Part shown: in pieces, positions 1 through 10,288 of the stretch
How positions within the stretch are numbered: the stretch's first letter is position 1
How the letters are laid out: each line of letters begins with the position of its first letter
DNA from: an uncultured bacterium
Lineage (GTDB): Bacteria; Patescibacteriota; JACMRA01
DNA length: 64,000 nucleotides
Direction: 5' to 3'
Assembly (NCBI GenBank): GCA_963704645.1
Contig: OY969926.1
Coordinates: forward strand, 192,001-256,000
Notes under the pieces: generated by a model
Told to the model about the DNA's origin: nothing
What the model saw: the letters and a program-made list of their open reading frames with translations, nothing else
Databases searched by the model: none
Translations under genes and position numbers: made by a program

Positions 1-1686
1 TATACCTTGGCTGTTTAACGATGTAGCATATAAAACTGCAGAACAATCTCCGTTGGCTACAATAGAGCCGCTTCTGTTTGCAATATTACTAACTGAAAAT
101 TCAGTAGAAGTACCAGCTTTAACAGCATTACCATTTTGAATATTTACTCCAGTAGAAACAATTCCAATTTCCGTGTCGTTAAAGTTTATTCCAACGAAAT
201 CTGAATTCTGACCATTTTCTAAACGAATATAGATATTGTAAAACCCACCCTGTGAAAATAGATTAGAAGGTATTGTTGCATTAAATACTCCATTCTCAAC
301 CTTTAAAGCCTGCCCATCAATTGTTGGATATTCTTTGTAGGTAGCACTTAATGGCTGATAAATACCTAGAATAACGGGAATATTGTTCAATGGAACATTC
401 AAAGCATCTACTAAACCTTCAGATTTAACTAGTACTGGCTGACCAGTTTTAGGTAGAACTGTTTGATTTTCAAAAGGAATTAAATTACTGGACTTGTTTA
501 AGAAAGAAACGTCTTGTGCTTGTGATGTACCTAATAAGCTAACTTTATAAATTCCTTCACCTGCGCTAAGCTCAGAAGTTAAAATTTGAGTATAGCAACT
601 TCTGTCAGATCTAACTTGAGCTTTTACATCTGTGTTTACACCAGTACTGCTTTGTACTCTAAATGTACACTCATCAGACTCTTTTATAGAATCGTTCAAG
701 CTTACTACACGCTTTGCCAAAACAGGAACTGTACCATTTATAGATATTGAACCAAAAGGAAAATCTAAAGTAGATAATCCGCTAGGTACAAATTCAGCCT
801 GATTGCCTTGTACAGTTAAACTTGCAATGTTGCTGTAAATTTCTTCACTTTTATCTACAAACAACAAGGAATAACTACCTGAAGATAGATTGTTAAAGCT
901 TCCAGTACAAACATTGTTGTTAATTTCACAATCGAAACTTGCAACAACATTCTGTGAGTTTCTATCTGACATATAAACTTTTCCAGTTAATGCTTTAGGG
1001 TTTACAGTTCCCTCAGGCCATTTTAAACTGAAATCAGCTGAATTGCCTTTATTAATGGTGTCGGAGCCTAAAGATAATTCTAAAGATCTACCAACTTTAG
1101 CTCCAGAATTTTTTAGCTTGGTAAAGACTCTATTTGTACTAGATTCTTGTAATCCATTTTTGTTTAGAAATCTAATTTTACCTAAAATGGTTAAGTACTC
1201 TGTGTCGGCTTTATCAATTTTTCCACTTGCAATATATTCTACCCTTTCCCCAGAAGACAAAACTGGTAACTTAAAACTATTCTTTTGATTATTTAATGTT
1301 AGGTCTGCACTTCTAATATTACCACCTACAATACTACTCCAAGCAACACCAGAATTGGTAGAAAACAAATCTAGAGCAACGCTGTTAATTGCTTCTGAAA
1401 CACTAGTGTTTTGCAAGGTAATGTTTAAAGAAATATTATCACCAACTGCGTATTCTTTATCTTCAGTTAAACGTATAGATCCAGTAATTGTTGCTGTTTC
1501 GCTAGCTTGAGCGCTTTCATCGTTAGTATTCCATAAAGAATAACCAATTAAACCACCAACTATAAAATACACAGCTAAAACTGAAATGATTAATTGTCTT
1601 CGTCTTCCAAATCTAGACAAGGATAAACCCCACTTAGACTTTTTTCTTGAGACAGCTTTTACAGATGATAAACTTGAGGAGGCCAT
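1..1686 (-). CDS. Large secreted/surface protein, partial (runs off left edge)
   Basis: Manual translation from ATG at 1686: MASSSLSSVKAVSRKKSKWG...IISVLAVYFIVGGLIGYSLWNTNDESAQASET. Basic N-region, TM helix, then beta-rich Ig-like sequence. Absent from ORF track because no stop lies in the window. Confidence 0.8.
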   Translation of the reverse strand, partial: MASSSLSSVKAVSRKKSKWGLSLSRFGRRRQLIISVLAVYFIVGGLIGYSLWNTNDESAQASETATITGSIRLTEDKEYAVGDNISLNITLQNTSVSEAINSVALDLFSTNSGVAWSSIVGGNIRSADLTLNNQKNSFKLPVLSSGERVEYIASGKIDKADTEYLTILGKIRFLNKNGLQESSTNRVFTKLKNSGAKVGRSLELSLGSDTINKGNSADFSLKWPEGTVNPKALTGKVYMSDRNSQNVVASFDCEINNNVCTGSFNNLSSGSYSLLFVDKSEEIYSNIASLTVQGNQAEFVPSGLSTLDFPFGSISINGTVPVLAKRVVSLNDSIKESDECTFRVQSSTGVNTDVKAQVRSDRSCYTQILTSELSAGEGIYKVSLLGTSQAQDVSFLNKSSNLIPFENQTVLPKTGQPVLVKSEGLVDALNVPLNNIPVILGIYQPLSATYKEYPTIDGQALKVENGVFNATIPSNLFSQGGFYNIYIRLENGQNSDFVGINFNDTEIGIVSTGVNIQNGNAVKAGTSTEFSVSNIANRSGSIVANGDCSAVLYATSLNSQGI

Positions 1687-1969
1687 ATTTTGTTTTTGTT
1701 TTGCTCTAATTATATTACATGAATTGAATCTTGGCAAAATCTAATTACAAAGTTCTATCAAAAGAGTTGTAAACCTAATATACTAAACTTATTTAATAGA
1801 ACATCTAAGGCAGATTTCTTTTTTTAAAAATTCTCAATTGAAGGAGATGCATAATACTTATTTAAAATATCGGTTCAAATATTTTGCCAGTGAAGAATGT
1901 TTCTACTTCCTTGCAGACAACCTATGTTAATTGACAAAAGCAAGGTAAAATAGCCAATATTTTACAAAT

Positions 1970-2045
1970 GCCGGTGTGGCTTAGCTGGTATAGCGGCGGT
2001 ATCGTAAACCGCAGGTCGCAGGTTCGAACCCTGTCACCGGCTCCA
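1970..2045 (+). tRNA. tRNA-Thr(CGU)
   Basis: Acceptor GCCGGTG/CACCGGC, anticodon stem GCGGT/ACCGC with loop AT-CGT-AA, T-arm GGTTCGAAC, encoded CCA; TTGACA upstream at 1931. Confidence 0.93.
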
Positions 2046-2088
2046 AAACATTTTACACCGACTAATTACAAACTAAAATAAAATAATT

Positions 2089-3654
2089 ATGGATATAAAT
2101 ATACTACTTTCTGCACTATTATTGCTAATTTTCCTTCAATTTGGAGTTGGATTTTGGTTATTCAGAAAACTAACTCAAAGACAAAATTTCCCCAAAAATA
2201 ATGATACTCAAAACAATGCCCAACCTCATTTAGATGAATATAAAAAATGGCAGGAAGAAGAAAAAATTACCAGACAAAGGTTGTTAGATTTGCAAGAAAA
2301 CATTGATAAGAAAGAAACTTCATTAAATGATAAATTAGAAAAGATTGCTGAAGAAAAGGATAAAATTGAAGAGTTAAAAAATAATTTAAGAGAAATAAAA
2401 GCTAATTTAGTTGAAAAGACAGAGCAGCTAAAAATAACAGAGAATAATTTAATTGAAAACTATCAAAACGAGCTTTCTAAAATATCTAAACTTTCTACTA
2501 CTGATGCTAAAACCCTAATTTTAAAACAGGCCAAGCTTGAAGTTGGTTCAGATTTACTAGAATGGCAAAGAAAGTTTATTGAAACTAAACGTGAGGAATC
2601 TAATTTGGAAGCCCGAGAAATTGTAGCTTTGGCGGTTCAAAGGTGTAGCAGTGAAGTAGCTAACGAATATACTTTAACCACCATTAAACTTCAAAGCGAA
2701 GAAGATAAGGGTAAATTAATTGGAAAAGGTGGGCGAAATATTCAGTGGATTGAAAAAACTTTAGGTGTAGAACTTGTTATTGATGACACTCCAGAAGTAA
2801 TTACTATTTCAGGCTTTTCTTCCATTAGAAGACATATTGCTAAGCGCACATTAGAAAGACTATTAGAAGATGGTAGAATTCACCCTGCATCAATTGAAGA
2901 TAACTATGAGAAAGCTAGAGGGGAAATTGCTCAGGAAATTGCTGCAAGTGGTGAATACGCAGTTAACCAATTAGGAATTATAGATTTTCCAGCAAAATTA
3001 ATTAGACTAATTGGAAGATTAAAATTTAGAACCAGCTATGGGCAAAATCAACTTGGTCACAGTTTAGAAATGGCCAAATTAGCAGCATTGTTAGCAGAAG
3101 AATTTAATGCCAGATTCCCTCACCGTGAAAAACCTGTAGATGTTCAAATATGTATTAAAGGTGCTTTATTACACGACATTGGCAAAGCCATAGACGAAGA
3201 GCAAACGCCTAAAGGGAACCACATTGAAATTGGTGAAAAAATTTGTGATACTTTTGGGTTGGATTGGAGAATTAAAAAATGTATTTCCAGTCACCATGAC
3301 GAGAGCTATTGGCACCCTGAGCACGGTTTTTGCATAGAGGCTGCTATTGTGGATGCCTGTGATAATATTAGTGGTTCAAGGTTGGGTGCAAGAAAAGAAA
3401 CTGCACAAGCTTACTACGAACGGATGGAGAGTTTGGAGAACATTGCTACTACAACAACTGGTGTAAACAAAGCTTGGATTATGAAAGGAAGCAGAGAGTT
3501 ATGGGTATTTTTTGATACAGAAAAAGTTACTTCCTCAGAAATGTACGATATAACAAGAAGTATTGCCGAAAAAATTGAGACACAAGTAAATTATGCTGGC
3601 GAAATTAAAGTAATTGGTATTTGGGAGAACAAAATAATTGAATATGCCAGATAG
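2089..3654 (+). CDS. rny: Ribonuclease Y
   Basis: N-terminal TM, coiled coil, KH (KGKLIGKGGRNI), DGRIHP, HD domain (LLHDIGKA). Confidence 0.95.
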   Translation: MDINILLSALLLLIFLQFGVGFWLFRKLTQRQNFPKNNDTQNNAQPHLDEYKKWQEEEKITRQRLLDLQENIDKKETSLNDKLEKIAEEKDKIEELKNNLREIKANLVEKTEQLKITENNLIENYQNELSKISKLSTTDAKTLILKQAKLEVGSDLLEWQRKFIETKREESNLEAREIVALAVQRCSSEVANEYTLTTIKLQSEEDKGKLIGKGGRNIQWIEKTLGVELVIDDTPEVITISGFSSIRRHIAKRTLERLLEDGRIHPASIEDNYEKARGEIAQEIAASGEYAVNQLGIIDFPAKLIRLIGRLKFRTSYGQNQLGHSLEMAKLAALLAEEFNARFPHREKPVDVQICIKGALLHDIGKAIDEEQTPKGNHIEIGEKICDTFGLDWRIKKCISSHHDESYWHPEHGFCIEAAIVDACDNISGSRLGARKETAQAYYERMESLENIATTTTGVNKAWIMKGSRELWVFFDTEKVTSSEMYDITRSIAEKIETQVNYAGEIKVIGIWENKIIEYAR

Positions 3655-4270
3655 GCTTAAGAAGGTTAAAGCGAAAGATAAAACACTTAACTTTTTCCTT
3701 ACTGGATACGTTATAGTATCAGGAATAGTGGCTATTTTCTTTTTATCTGTAGTGGGGATGTTTGCTTATGAAACATTTAAACTAATTGATAGTATTGGTT
3801 TATACAACAAGCCTGATCAAATTTCGCCTGCAACATTGTCTAAACTAAACGAAGTAGAAAAGCAAATAATTCCACTTATTAAGAAAAACAAAGTGAACTC
3901 GTACAAATACGTCTGGTTAGAGTCTTGTGAGTCAATACAAATTGATGAGATATTCTACACTTCCGAAAGCGAAGGATGTCCAGTATCTGATGAGAATATT
4001 TACAAGAATGATTTAGCTAAGAGCAACTTTAATACAATCAAAAGTTTTGATATTTTAGAAATTCGGAGCTATCACAATAGAATAAAAAATCAAGAAGGAA
4101 AGTATGTAGATGGGGAATTATCAGTAGTAGATTTTACTTTTAGCTACGGATTTAAGCAGGATACTCTGGTTTACGCTTTAGCACCTGATTATGTTGAGAA
4201 GCAAAACAGACAGGCAGATAAAGAAGAATATAAACTAAAACAAGTTCAAGGCAATTGGTACAAACAATAA
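3638..4270 (+). CDS. Membrane-anchored hypothetical protein
   Basis: 210-aa ORF overlapping the rny stop, one N-terminal TM helix. Confidence 0.75.
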   Translation: MNMPDRLKKVKAKDKTLNFFLTGYVIVSGIVAIFFLSVVGMFAYETFKLIDSIGLYNKPDQISPATLSKLNEVEKQIIPLIKKNKVNSYKYVWLESCESIQIDEIFYTSESEGCPVSDENIYKNDLAKSNFNTIKSFDILEIRSYHNRIKNQEGKYVDGELSVVDFTFSYGFKQDTLVYALAPDYVEKQNRQADKEEYKLKQVQGNWYKQ

Positions 4271-4292
4271 AACCCCCGAAGGGGTTTACTTT
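4268..4292. terminator. Bidirectional intrinsic terminator
   Basis: AAACCCC-CGAA-GGGGTTT hairpin between convergent genes. Confidence 0.75.
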
Positions 4293-4311
4293 TATTAATA
4301 AGTTTATTGGC

Positions 4312-6660
4312 TTACTTTAAAGTCATACTTGCATCATCTTGGGAAGACCTACTTGGCACTTTACCAAGTTTTGGTTGATGGTTTTTCTTCCAGTAGTAAT
4401 AGCCACCTCCAATTGCTAATAAAGCTAACAATGTACCAAATATCTCAAAACCACCTGATCTTGGGGTATTGGTTACAACAATTAAGTTAACTGGGAAATC
4501 AACTTGAACTCTTTGATCTGGAGTTCTGTCAGCAGTAATAATAGCAATGTTAGTTATAATGTCACCATTTCTAGCAGCTGAGGTAATTGTTGCATCAAAA
4601 GTTAAAGCCACGGTTTGACCAGCGTTAACTGTTCCAACATTCCAAGTTATTGTTCCAGCTGTTGCATCTACAGTTCCAGATGGATTTAGATTAGTAATAT
4701 TGGAAAGTCTTACTTTGTCGTATGTGTCTACAACTTTTACATTTGTAGCGTTTACACTTCCAGTATTTCTGACATTAATTGTATATGTAACTACATCATT
4801 TGGAACCAAAGCTGCAGAGCTACAGGCAGTTGTTGTTCCTTTTTCAACACAAGTTTTGTTTGAAGTAGAAAGGTTTGGAGCCTTTACAGGGAACTGAGCT
4901 TGAACAGTCATTCCAGGGAATCCAGTTGCTGTAATTAAAGCAGTGTTCAAAATAATGTCACCATCTCTAATTGCTGTAGTAATTGTAGCATCAAAGCTTA
5001 CTGCAGAGCTTGCACCAGCATTAATTGTTCCAACATTCCAAACAATAGTTCCAGCGTTGGCATCAATAGTTCCAGCTGGATTAGTATTTCTAGCATTATT
5101 TAGTCTTACTTTGTCGTAAGTATCTGTTACTACAACATTATTTGCTGCACCCTGACCAGTGTTTCTAACAGTAATTGTGTAACTTACATTATCACCTGCT
5201 ACTAAATTAGCTTGATCGCAAGGAGTAACTGTTCCAGTTTTAACACAAGTTTTAGTTGAAGTTAAAAGGTTAGGACCATTTGGATCAATAATATTAACAA
5301 TAAAGGTTCCTGGTGTTCCAACTAAACCTTTAGAATCTGTAGGAGTAACTGTGAAAGTAGTTCTTACAGGAGTTGTAGCGTTGCTAACACAATTTACAAT
5401 TCTAGTAGCTGCATCATAGGTACAGAAACTTGGCAGATTATTTACTGTATAAGTTAAAGGATAGTCACCATCTGGATCGGTTCCAATAATTACGTTGAAG
5501 CTTCCACTATCTCCACGTACAATTGTAATTTCTTGACCTGGTACAATTGGAGGATTGTTTTGATCTATAACGTTAACAATAAAGGTTCCTGGTGTTCCAA
5601 CTAAACCTTTAGAATCTGTAGGTGTAATAGGGAAACTAGTTCTTACTGGAGTTGTAGGATTTGTTGAACAAGTAATAATTCTTGTTGCTGTAGCGTAAGT
5701 ACAGAAACTTGGTAAATTAGCTAAGTTATAAGTTAGTGGGTAATCTTGTTCAGGATCGGTTCCATTTAAAGGAACGAAGCTTCCAGTTTGTCCACGAATA
5801 ATTGTAATTTCTTGACCTGGCAAAATAGGAGGTGTGTTATTAACAGGAGCAGCTACTGCTTGTAGTTGTCCTAAAATGTATCCATATCCTAAGAATCCAG
5901 CTTCTAAACCAGCAGGTTTAACATTGAATCCAGCAGTAGAAGCTAAAGTTTTTCCTGTAAAAGATGTGTAAACAGGGTTAGAAGTAGTTGCCCCAACACT
6001 ATTATCTGCAACATTTACACGAGTATCTGTAACAGTATCCCAAGGTGCAGAATTGTAAGGATCTACTCTAGAACCTTGAGCGGTTTCAACAACATACTTT
6101 CTTTCAGTTGCATCTGGGAAGTGTCTAGTATTATTACCAACAATTTCCAAAACGGTTCCTGAAGGAACATTTACAATTAAGTCTCCACCTTTTCCTGCAG
6201 AATTAACTTGTGTTGCATTGCCTCCAGCAAGCGTGCCAGAAACTCTGTATTGAGTATCGCTGATTTTAGTTACTTGTACACCAGCTGTAGGGTTAGTAAT
6301 AGCTGCATTTCCGCCATTATTATAGTATAAGTGCCAAGTTATTGTTTGACCTGCAATAATTGTTTTAGTTCTAGGATTGTTAGCCGCAGTATCTATTGGG
6401 AAGAAACTCATTAAAGGCATGTCCTGACAATTTCCGTCAGTTACATTTGGGTTAGGCAAATTAGTAACAATAGGATGAGGGTTCCAAGTTGGCGAAGAAG
6501 CTGAGGTAGAACAAGAAGATTCTCTAGGAACTACAGACTGAGCCTGTGCTGTTTCACTTGTGTTGTTAAGGAAGGCGTAACTTCCAGAAATTAATAAACC
6601 AACTACTGCTAGAGAAGCTAGAATACCAAATAGATTTTTTTTAATAAATTTAGATAACAT
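4312..6660 (-). CDS. Surface protein with two 93-aa Ig-like repeats, two DUF11 domains and C-terminal TM anchor
   Basis: Signal peptide (AQA); repeats PPIxPGQEITIxRG...GTPGTFIVN; DUF11 motif GDNVSYTITVRNTG...NVVVTDT twice; ends TNTPRSGG + TM + basic tail. Confidence 0.85.
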   Translation of the reverse strand: MLSKFIKKNLFGILASLAVVGLLISGSYAFLNNTSETAQAQSVVPRESSCSTSASSPTWNPHPIVTNLPNPNVTDGNCQDMPLMSFFPIDTAANNPRTKTIIAGQTITWHLYYNNGGNAAITNPTAGVQVTKISDTQYRVSGTLAGGNATQVNSAGKGGDLIVNVPSGTVLEIVGNNTRHFPDATERKYVVETAQGSRVDPYNSAPWDTVTDTRVNVADNSVGATTSNPVYTSFTGKTLASTAGFNVKPAGLEAGFLGYGYILGQLQAVAAPVNNTPPILPGQEITIIRGQTGSFVPLNGTDPEQDYPLTYNLANLPSFCTYATATRIITCSTNPTTPVRTSFPITPTDSKGLVGTPGTFIVNVIDQNNPPIVPGQEITIVRGDSGSFNVIIGTDPDGDYPLTYTVNNLPSFCTYDAATRIVNCVSNATTPVRTTFTVTPTDSKGLVGTPGTFIVNIIDPNGPNLLTSTKTCVKTGTVTPCDQANLVAGDNVSYTITVRNTGQGAANNVVVTDTYDKVRLNNARNTNPAGTIDANAGTIVWNVGTINAGASSAVSFDATITTAIRDGDIILNTALITATGFPGMTVQAQFPVKAPNLSTSNKTCVEKGTTTACSSAALVPNDVVTYTINVRNTGSVNATNVKVVDTYDKVRLSNITNLNPSGTVDATAGTITWNVGTVNAGQTVALTFDATITSAARNGDIITNIAIITADRTPDQRVQVDFPVNLIVVTNTPRSGGFEIFGTLLALLAIGGGYYYWKKNHQPKLGKVPSRSSQDDASMTLK
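5294..5622. repeat. Intragenic direct repeat: 50 bp identical at 5294-5343 and 5573-5622
   Basis: TTAACAATAAAGGTTCCTGGTGTTCCAACTAAACCTTTAGAATCTGTAGG occurs twice, 279 bp (93 codons) apart. Confidence 0.85.
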
Positions 6661-7031
6661 ATTGTATGACTTTATATTGGTAAAATATCACATTTTTACC
6701 CTATAGTCAACATGTTATCCTATGTTTTATTAATTGGCAACAATATTCATTGAATAGCAGATTGTCTTGTTATAATAAGGAAAGGTGCTGTCCAAAAAAT
6801 TTCAAGCTTCAAAAATAGCTAAACCTAAAATAGCGAATATTGTAATATTCTTTCAATAATTCTTAATTTAAAATGTAAATTGTGCCCTATAAATTAACAA
6901 ATCATTTTATAATTTAGAGGTTTAAAAATTACACAATAAATTTAAATGTGTTGTGTTTGAAGCTGAAGCATAAATACCAAATATGGACAAAAAATTGATT
7001 AATCGTATAGATAGTAGTAAATATTATTTTT

Positions 7032-7712
7032 ATGAGTAAACTAAGGCTTGAGGCCATCACCGACGGAATTTTTGCTATTGTAATGACATTGCTTGTTATT
7101 GAAATTAGAGTTCCAGAAATACATTCATCATTTAGTAATGGCAAATTAATTTCAGAACTAGAACACTTAATACCACTTTTCCTTAGCTTTTTCCTAAGTT
7201 TTGCAGTACTTGTAAATTATTGGATTAGTCACAATTTTTTAATTACAATAATGGCCAAAAATGTTAGCCGTAATTTAAGTTACATAAATTTTGTGTTTTT
7301 AAGTTTTGTAAGTTTAATACCTTTTTCAAGTCATTTGCTAGGAGCTTATCCAGAGTCTGGTGTGGCAGTTTCTTTTTACAGTTTAAATGTTCTAATTATA
7401 GCTATTTTAATATATTTAATTAGAGAATACATTATTAAATCTCCAAGAATTGAAAACCCTGAAACCCTGAATTTAAAACTAGACGCTCATGGTAGTTATA
7501 ACAATAAAGATGCATTTTATGGAACAGCCAGAATTGCTATTTCTGTAGGATGCTCCGTTATAGCTTTACTTTTAAGCTTTGTTAACACTTACTTTTCTAT
7601 ATTCTTACTCCTAATACCAGTATTAATTGGTGCAGTTCCAGGATCTCTTGCTTTTATTTTAAAAGTTACAGGCTTAGAGAAACTAGCCAGACAAGAAGAC
7701 GCTAAGTTGTAA
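7032..7712 (+). CDS. TMEM175-family potassium channel
   Basis: RLEAITDGIFAIVMTLLVIEI signature, YWxxH, SLIPF, about 6 TM helices. Confidence 0.92.
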   Translation: MSKLRLEAITDGIFAIVMTLLVIEIRVPEIHSSFSNGKLISELEHLIPLFLSFFLSFAVLVNYWISHNFLITIMAKNVSRNLSYINFVFLSFVSLIPFSSHLLGAYPESGVAVSFYSLNVLIIAILIYLIREYIIKSPRIENPETLNLKLDAHGSYNNKDAFYGTARIAISVGCSVIALLLSFVNTYFSIFLLLIPVLIGAVPGSLAFILKVTGLEKLARQEDAKL

Positions 7713-7869
7713 ACTTTCAACAAGCTAAAAATACATGAAGGGTAAAACCTCCTATTTTTTGTTTTCATTAATTACTTTGCGATATTCTGCAGGATAAAAT
7801 AAGAACGACTGTAACAAGTAACTTAATTGTACACACTTATAGAATAGTCTGCTTATTAAGTTTATAGCA

Positions 7870-8130
7870 TGACTGAATATTTGCATAATTAAATAATACT
7901 GAAACAGAAATGACTAATTGAGACTGATAAGCTAAAATTACTACTAGTGGGATTCATCAATTTGACACACCTTCTACCAATACAATTGATTTAGGTAAAA
8001 AGCGGTGAAGTTTTCGCTCGTCAAATCTGATAAAAAAGTTTTACCAATCGAGATACAGCTCTTCATTACGTTGTTAAAAAATTCTTAACTGAACCTGGTT
8101 AAATTACTATCGATCAAATTTTTAGAAAAC
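7870..8130 (+). pseudogene. Probable decayed gene remnant
   Basis: One frame reads VKSGEVFARQI**KSFTNRDTALHYVVKKFLTEPG*ITIDQIF: protein-like but with stops. Confidence 0.35.
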
Positions 8131-8151
8131 AAAAAACCCCTTTCGGGGATT
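8130..8151 (-). terminator. dnaK terminator
   Basis: CCCC-TTTC-GGGG hairpin next to an A-run (U-tract on the minus strand). Confidence 0.7.
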
Positions 8152-8179
8152 ACAAGTTGTAGTAATTAACAAATCTAAT

Positions 8180-10096
8180 TTACTTAGTCTTTGCGTCTAC
8201 GTCTTGAGCTGGTTCTTCATTAGAAGCTTCTGAAGAGGTTTCACTAGATTCTGCAGTTTCACTAGCTGGGGCTTCTGTGTTAGTTGTAGAATAAATTTTT
8301 TCACCAATTTTCATCAGCTCTTCTTGCAAAACTTTGCTAGATTCTCTAATTTCAGTTTCGCTTACTTCGTCTTTCTTTAAAGTAACTTCAAGCTCTTCTT
8401 TTAATTTAGTAATTTTTTCTTTATCTTCAGAAGCAATTTTATCACCCATATCTTTAACTAATTTTTCAGTTTGGAATATTGTATTTTCGGCTTCATTCTT
8501 GGCTTCAATTTTAGCTTTTTTGGCCAAATCTGCGTCTCTCTGTCTTTCGGCTTCGTCAATAGCAGCTTGCTTTTCTTGATCAGAAAGAGTTGAAGAGCCC
8601 GTAATAGTAATATTAGCCTTTTTGCTGGAACCTTTGTCCATAGCTGTTACTGTTAAAATACCGTTAGCGTCTAAATCGAAAGTTACTTCAATTTGTGGAA
8701 CGCCACGTGGTGCTGGTGGAATGCCAGATAATGTAAACTTACCTAAAGATTTGTTGTCTGCTGCCAATGGCCTTTCACCTTGCACAACGTGAACATCTAC
8801 TGCAGACTGGTTATCTGAATAAGTAGAGAAAATTTGAGCTTTAGAAGTTGGAATAGTTGTATTCCTTGGAATCATTGGAGTGGCAATATTTCCAGCAGTT
8901 TCAATAGCTAAAGTTAATGGGGTAACATCCAACAATAAAATGTCCTTTACATCTCCTTTCAAAACGGCTCCTTGAATAGCAGCTCCCATGGCAACAACTT
9001 CATCTGGGTTAACGGAATAATTAGGTTTTTTGCCAAAATATTCTTCTACAGAATTTTGCACTAAGGGCATTCTGGTCATACCTCCAACCATAATAATTTC
9101 ATCAATTTGATTCTTATCTAAGTTAGCATCAGCCAAAGCTTTTTTAACTGGCTCCATGCTTTCTTCTACTAAATCACGAACTAATTCTTCTAATTTAACT
9201 CTGCTTAATGTCATCATCAAATGTGCTGGCTGACCGTCTGCACCCTGGGTAATGAATGGTAAATTAATTTGGTGTTCACTTTGAGTGGAAAGATCTTGCT
9301 TAGCTTTTTCTGAAGCTTCCTTAACACGTTGTTTTGCACTTTTATCTAAGTTTAAATCTATTCCTGTTTCCTTTTTGTATTCAGCAATTATGTATTCAAT
9401 AATTCTCTTATCAAAATCGGCTCCACCTAAATGTGTATTTCCGTTAGTGGCTAATACTTCAATTGTTTCGTTAGAAATATCTAGAACTGTAACATCAAAA
9501 GTACCTCCTCCTAAATCGTATACTAAAACTTTTTCTTCCTTACCTTTTTCAAAACCATAAGCTAAAGCGGCGGCAGTTGGCTCGTTAATAATTCTTAGAA
9601 CTTTCAAACCAGCAATTTCACCAGCATCTTTAGTTGCTTGTCTTTGCGCATCATTAAAGTAAGCAGGAACTGTAATAACAGCTTCATTAATGCTTTGACC
9701 TAGTTTGGCTTCAGCATCATTCTTCAATTTTCTTAGAACTGCAGCTGAAATTTCTTCAGGAGAATATTCTTTGTCTTGTTTGGTAACAACCTTAACTTTG
9801 CTATTCTTTTCAATAACTTTATATGGCATTAACTTAATATCGCCTTGCACTTCAGAGTCAGAGAAAGAACGACCAATAAACCTTTTGGCTTCATAAAAAG
9901 TATCTTCTGGGTTTAAAACACTGTTTCTTTTGGCAATTTCACCAATAACAACAGAAGAGTCTTTAGAGTTGTAATAAAAAACGGAAGGAGTTGTTCTAGC
10001 ACCTTCAGCGTTTTCAATAATTGTTGCTTTTCCTGCAACTACATAGGCCATTGCCGAGTTAGTAGTTCCAAGATCAATTCCTAATACGATTGACAT
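8180..10096 (-). CDS. dnaK: Chaperone DnaK (Hsp70)
   Basis: GIDLGTTNS, TVPAYFND, DLGGGTFD, NPDEVVA, GVPQIEVTFD. Confidence 0.98.
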   Translation of the reverse strand: MSIVLGIDLGTTNSAMAYVVAGKATIIENAEGARTTPSVFYYNSKDSSVVIGEIAKRNSVLNPEDTFYEAKRFIGRSFSDSEVQGDIKLMPYKVIEKNSKVKVVTKQDKEYSPEEISAAVLRKLKNDAEAKLGQSINEAVITVPAYFNDAQRQATKDAGEIAGLKVLRIINEPTAAALAYGFEKGKEEKVLVYDLGGGTFDVTVLDISNETIEVLATNGNTHLGGADFDKRIIEYIIAEYKKETGIDLNLDKSAKQRVKEASEKAKQDLSTQSEHQINLPFITQGADGQPAHLMMTLSRVKLEELVRDLVEESMEPVKKALADANLDKNQIDEIIMVGGMTRMPLVQNSVEEYFGKKPNYSVNPDEVVAMGAAIQGAVLKGDVKDILLLDVTPLTLAIETAGNIATPMIPRNTTIPTSKAQIFSTYSDNQSAVDVHVVQGERPLAADNKSLGKFTLSGIPPAPRGVPQIEVTFDLDANGILTVTAMDKGSSKKANITITGSSTLSDQEKQAAIDEAERQRDADLAKKAKIEAKNEAENTIFQTEKLVKDMGDKIASEDKEKITKLKEELEVTLKKDEVSETEIRESSKVLQEELMKIGEKIYSTTNTEAPASETAESSETSSEASNEEPAQDVDAKTK

Positions 10097-10175
10097 AGAT
10101 AAATAATTTTTGGGTCAGTTTTGGCTTGTTTTCAAGAAGCTTGATAATTTGCCTAACTTTAAAATTAATCTAACA

Positions 10176-10202
10176 TTAGCAACCAAGGTTGTCAAGTGCT
10201 AA
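10176..10202 (-). promoter_or_regulatory. CIRCE operator (HrcA site) overlapping the dnaK -35 box
   Basis: Minus strand TTAGCACTT-GACAACCTT-GGTTGCTAA versus consensus TTAGCACTC-N9-GAGTGCTAA; contains TTGACA. Confidence 0.85.
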
Positions 10203-10288
10203 TATAAAGTTAAATGTTGGGCTAAGAAAATTTATTAAGTTGTTGTTTTTATTGGAATATTACCTTTGACATTCAGCAAATTTCATAT

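Noticed and set aside
8334-9896. Antisense ORFs in dnaK (similar ones in ileS, nusA, gnd and the MDR gene)
   Set aside because: Typical antisense shadows of conserved genes; no independent signals.
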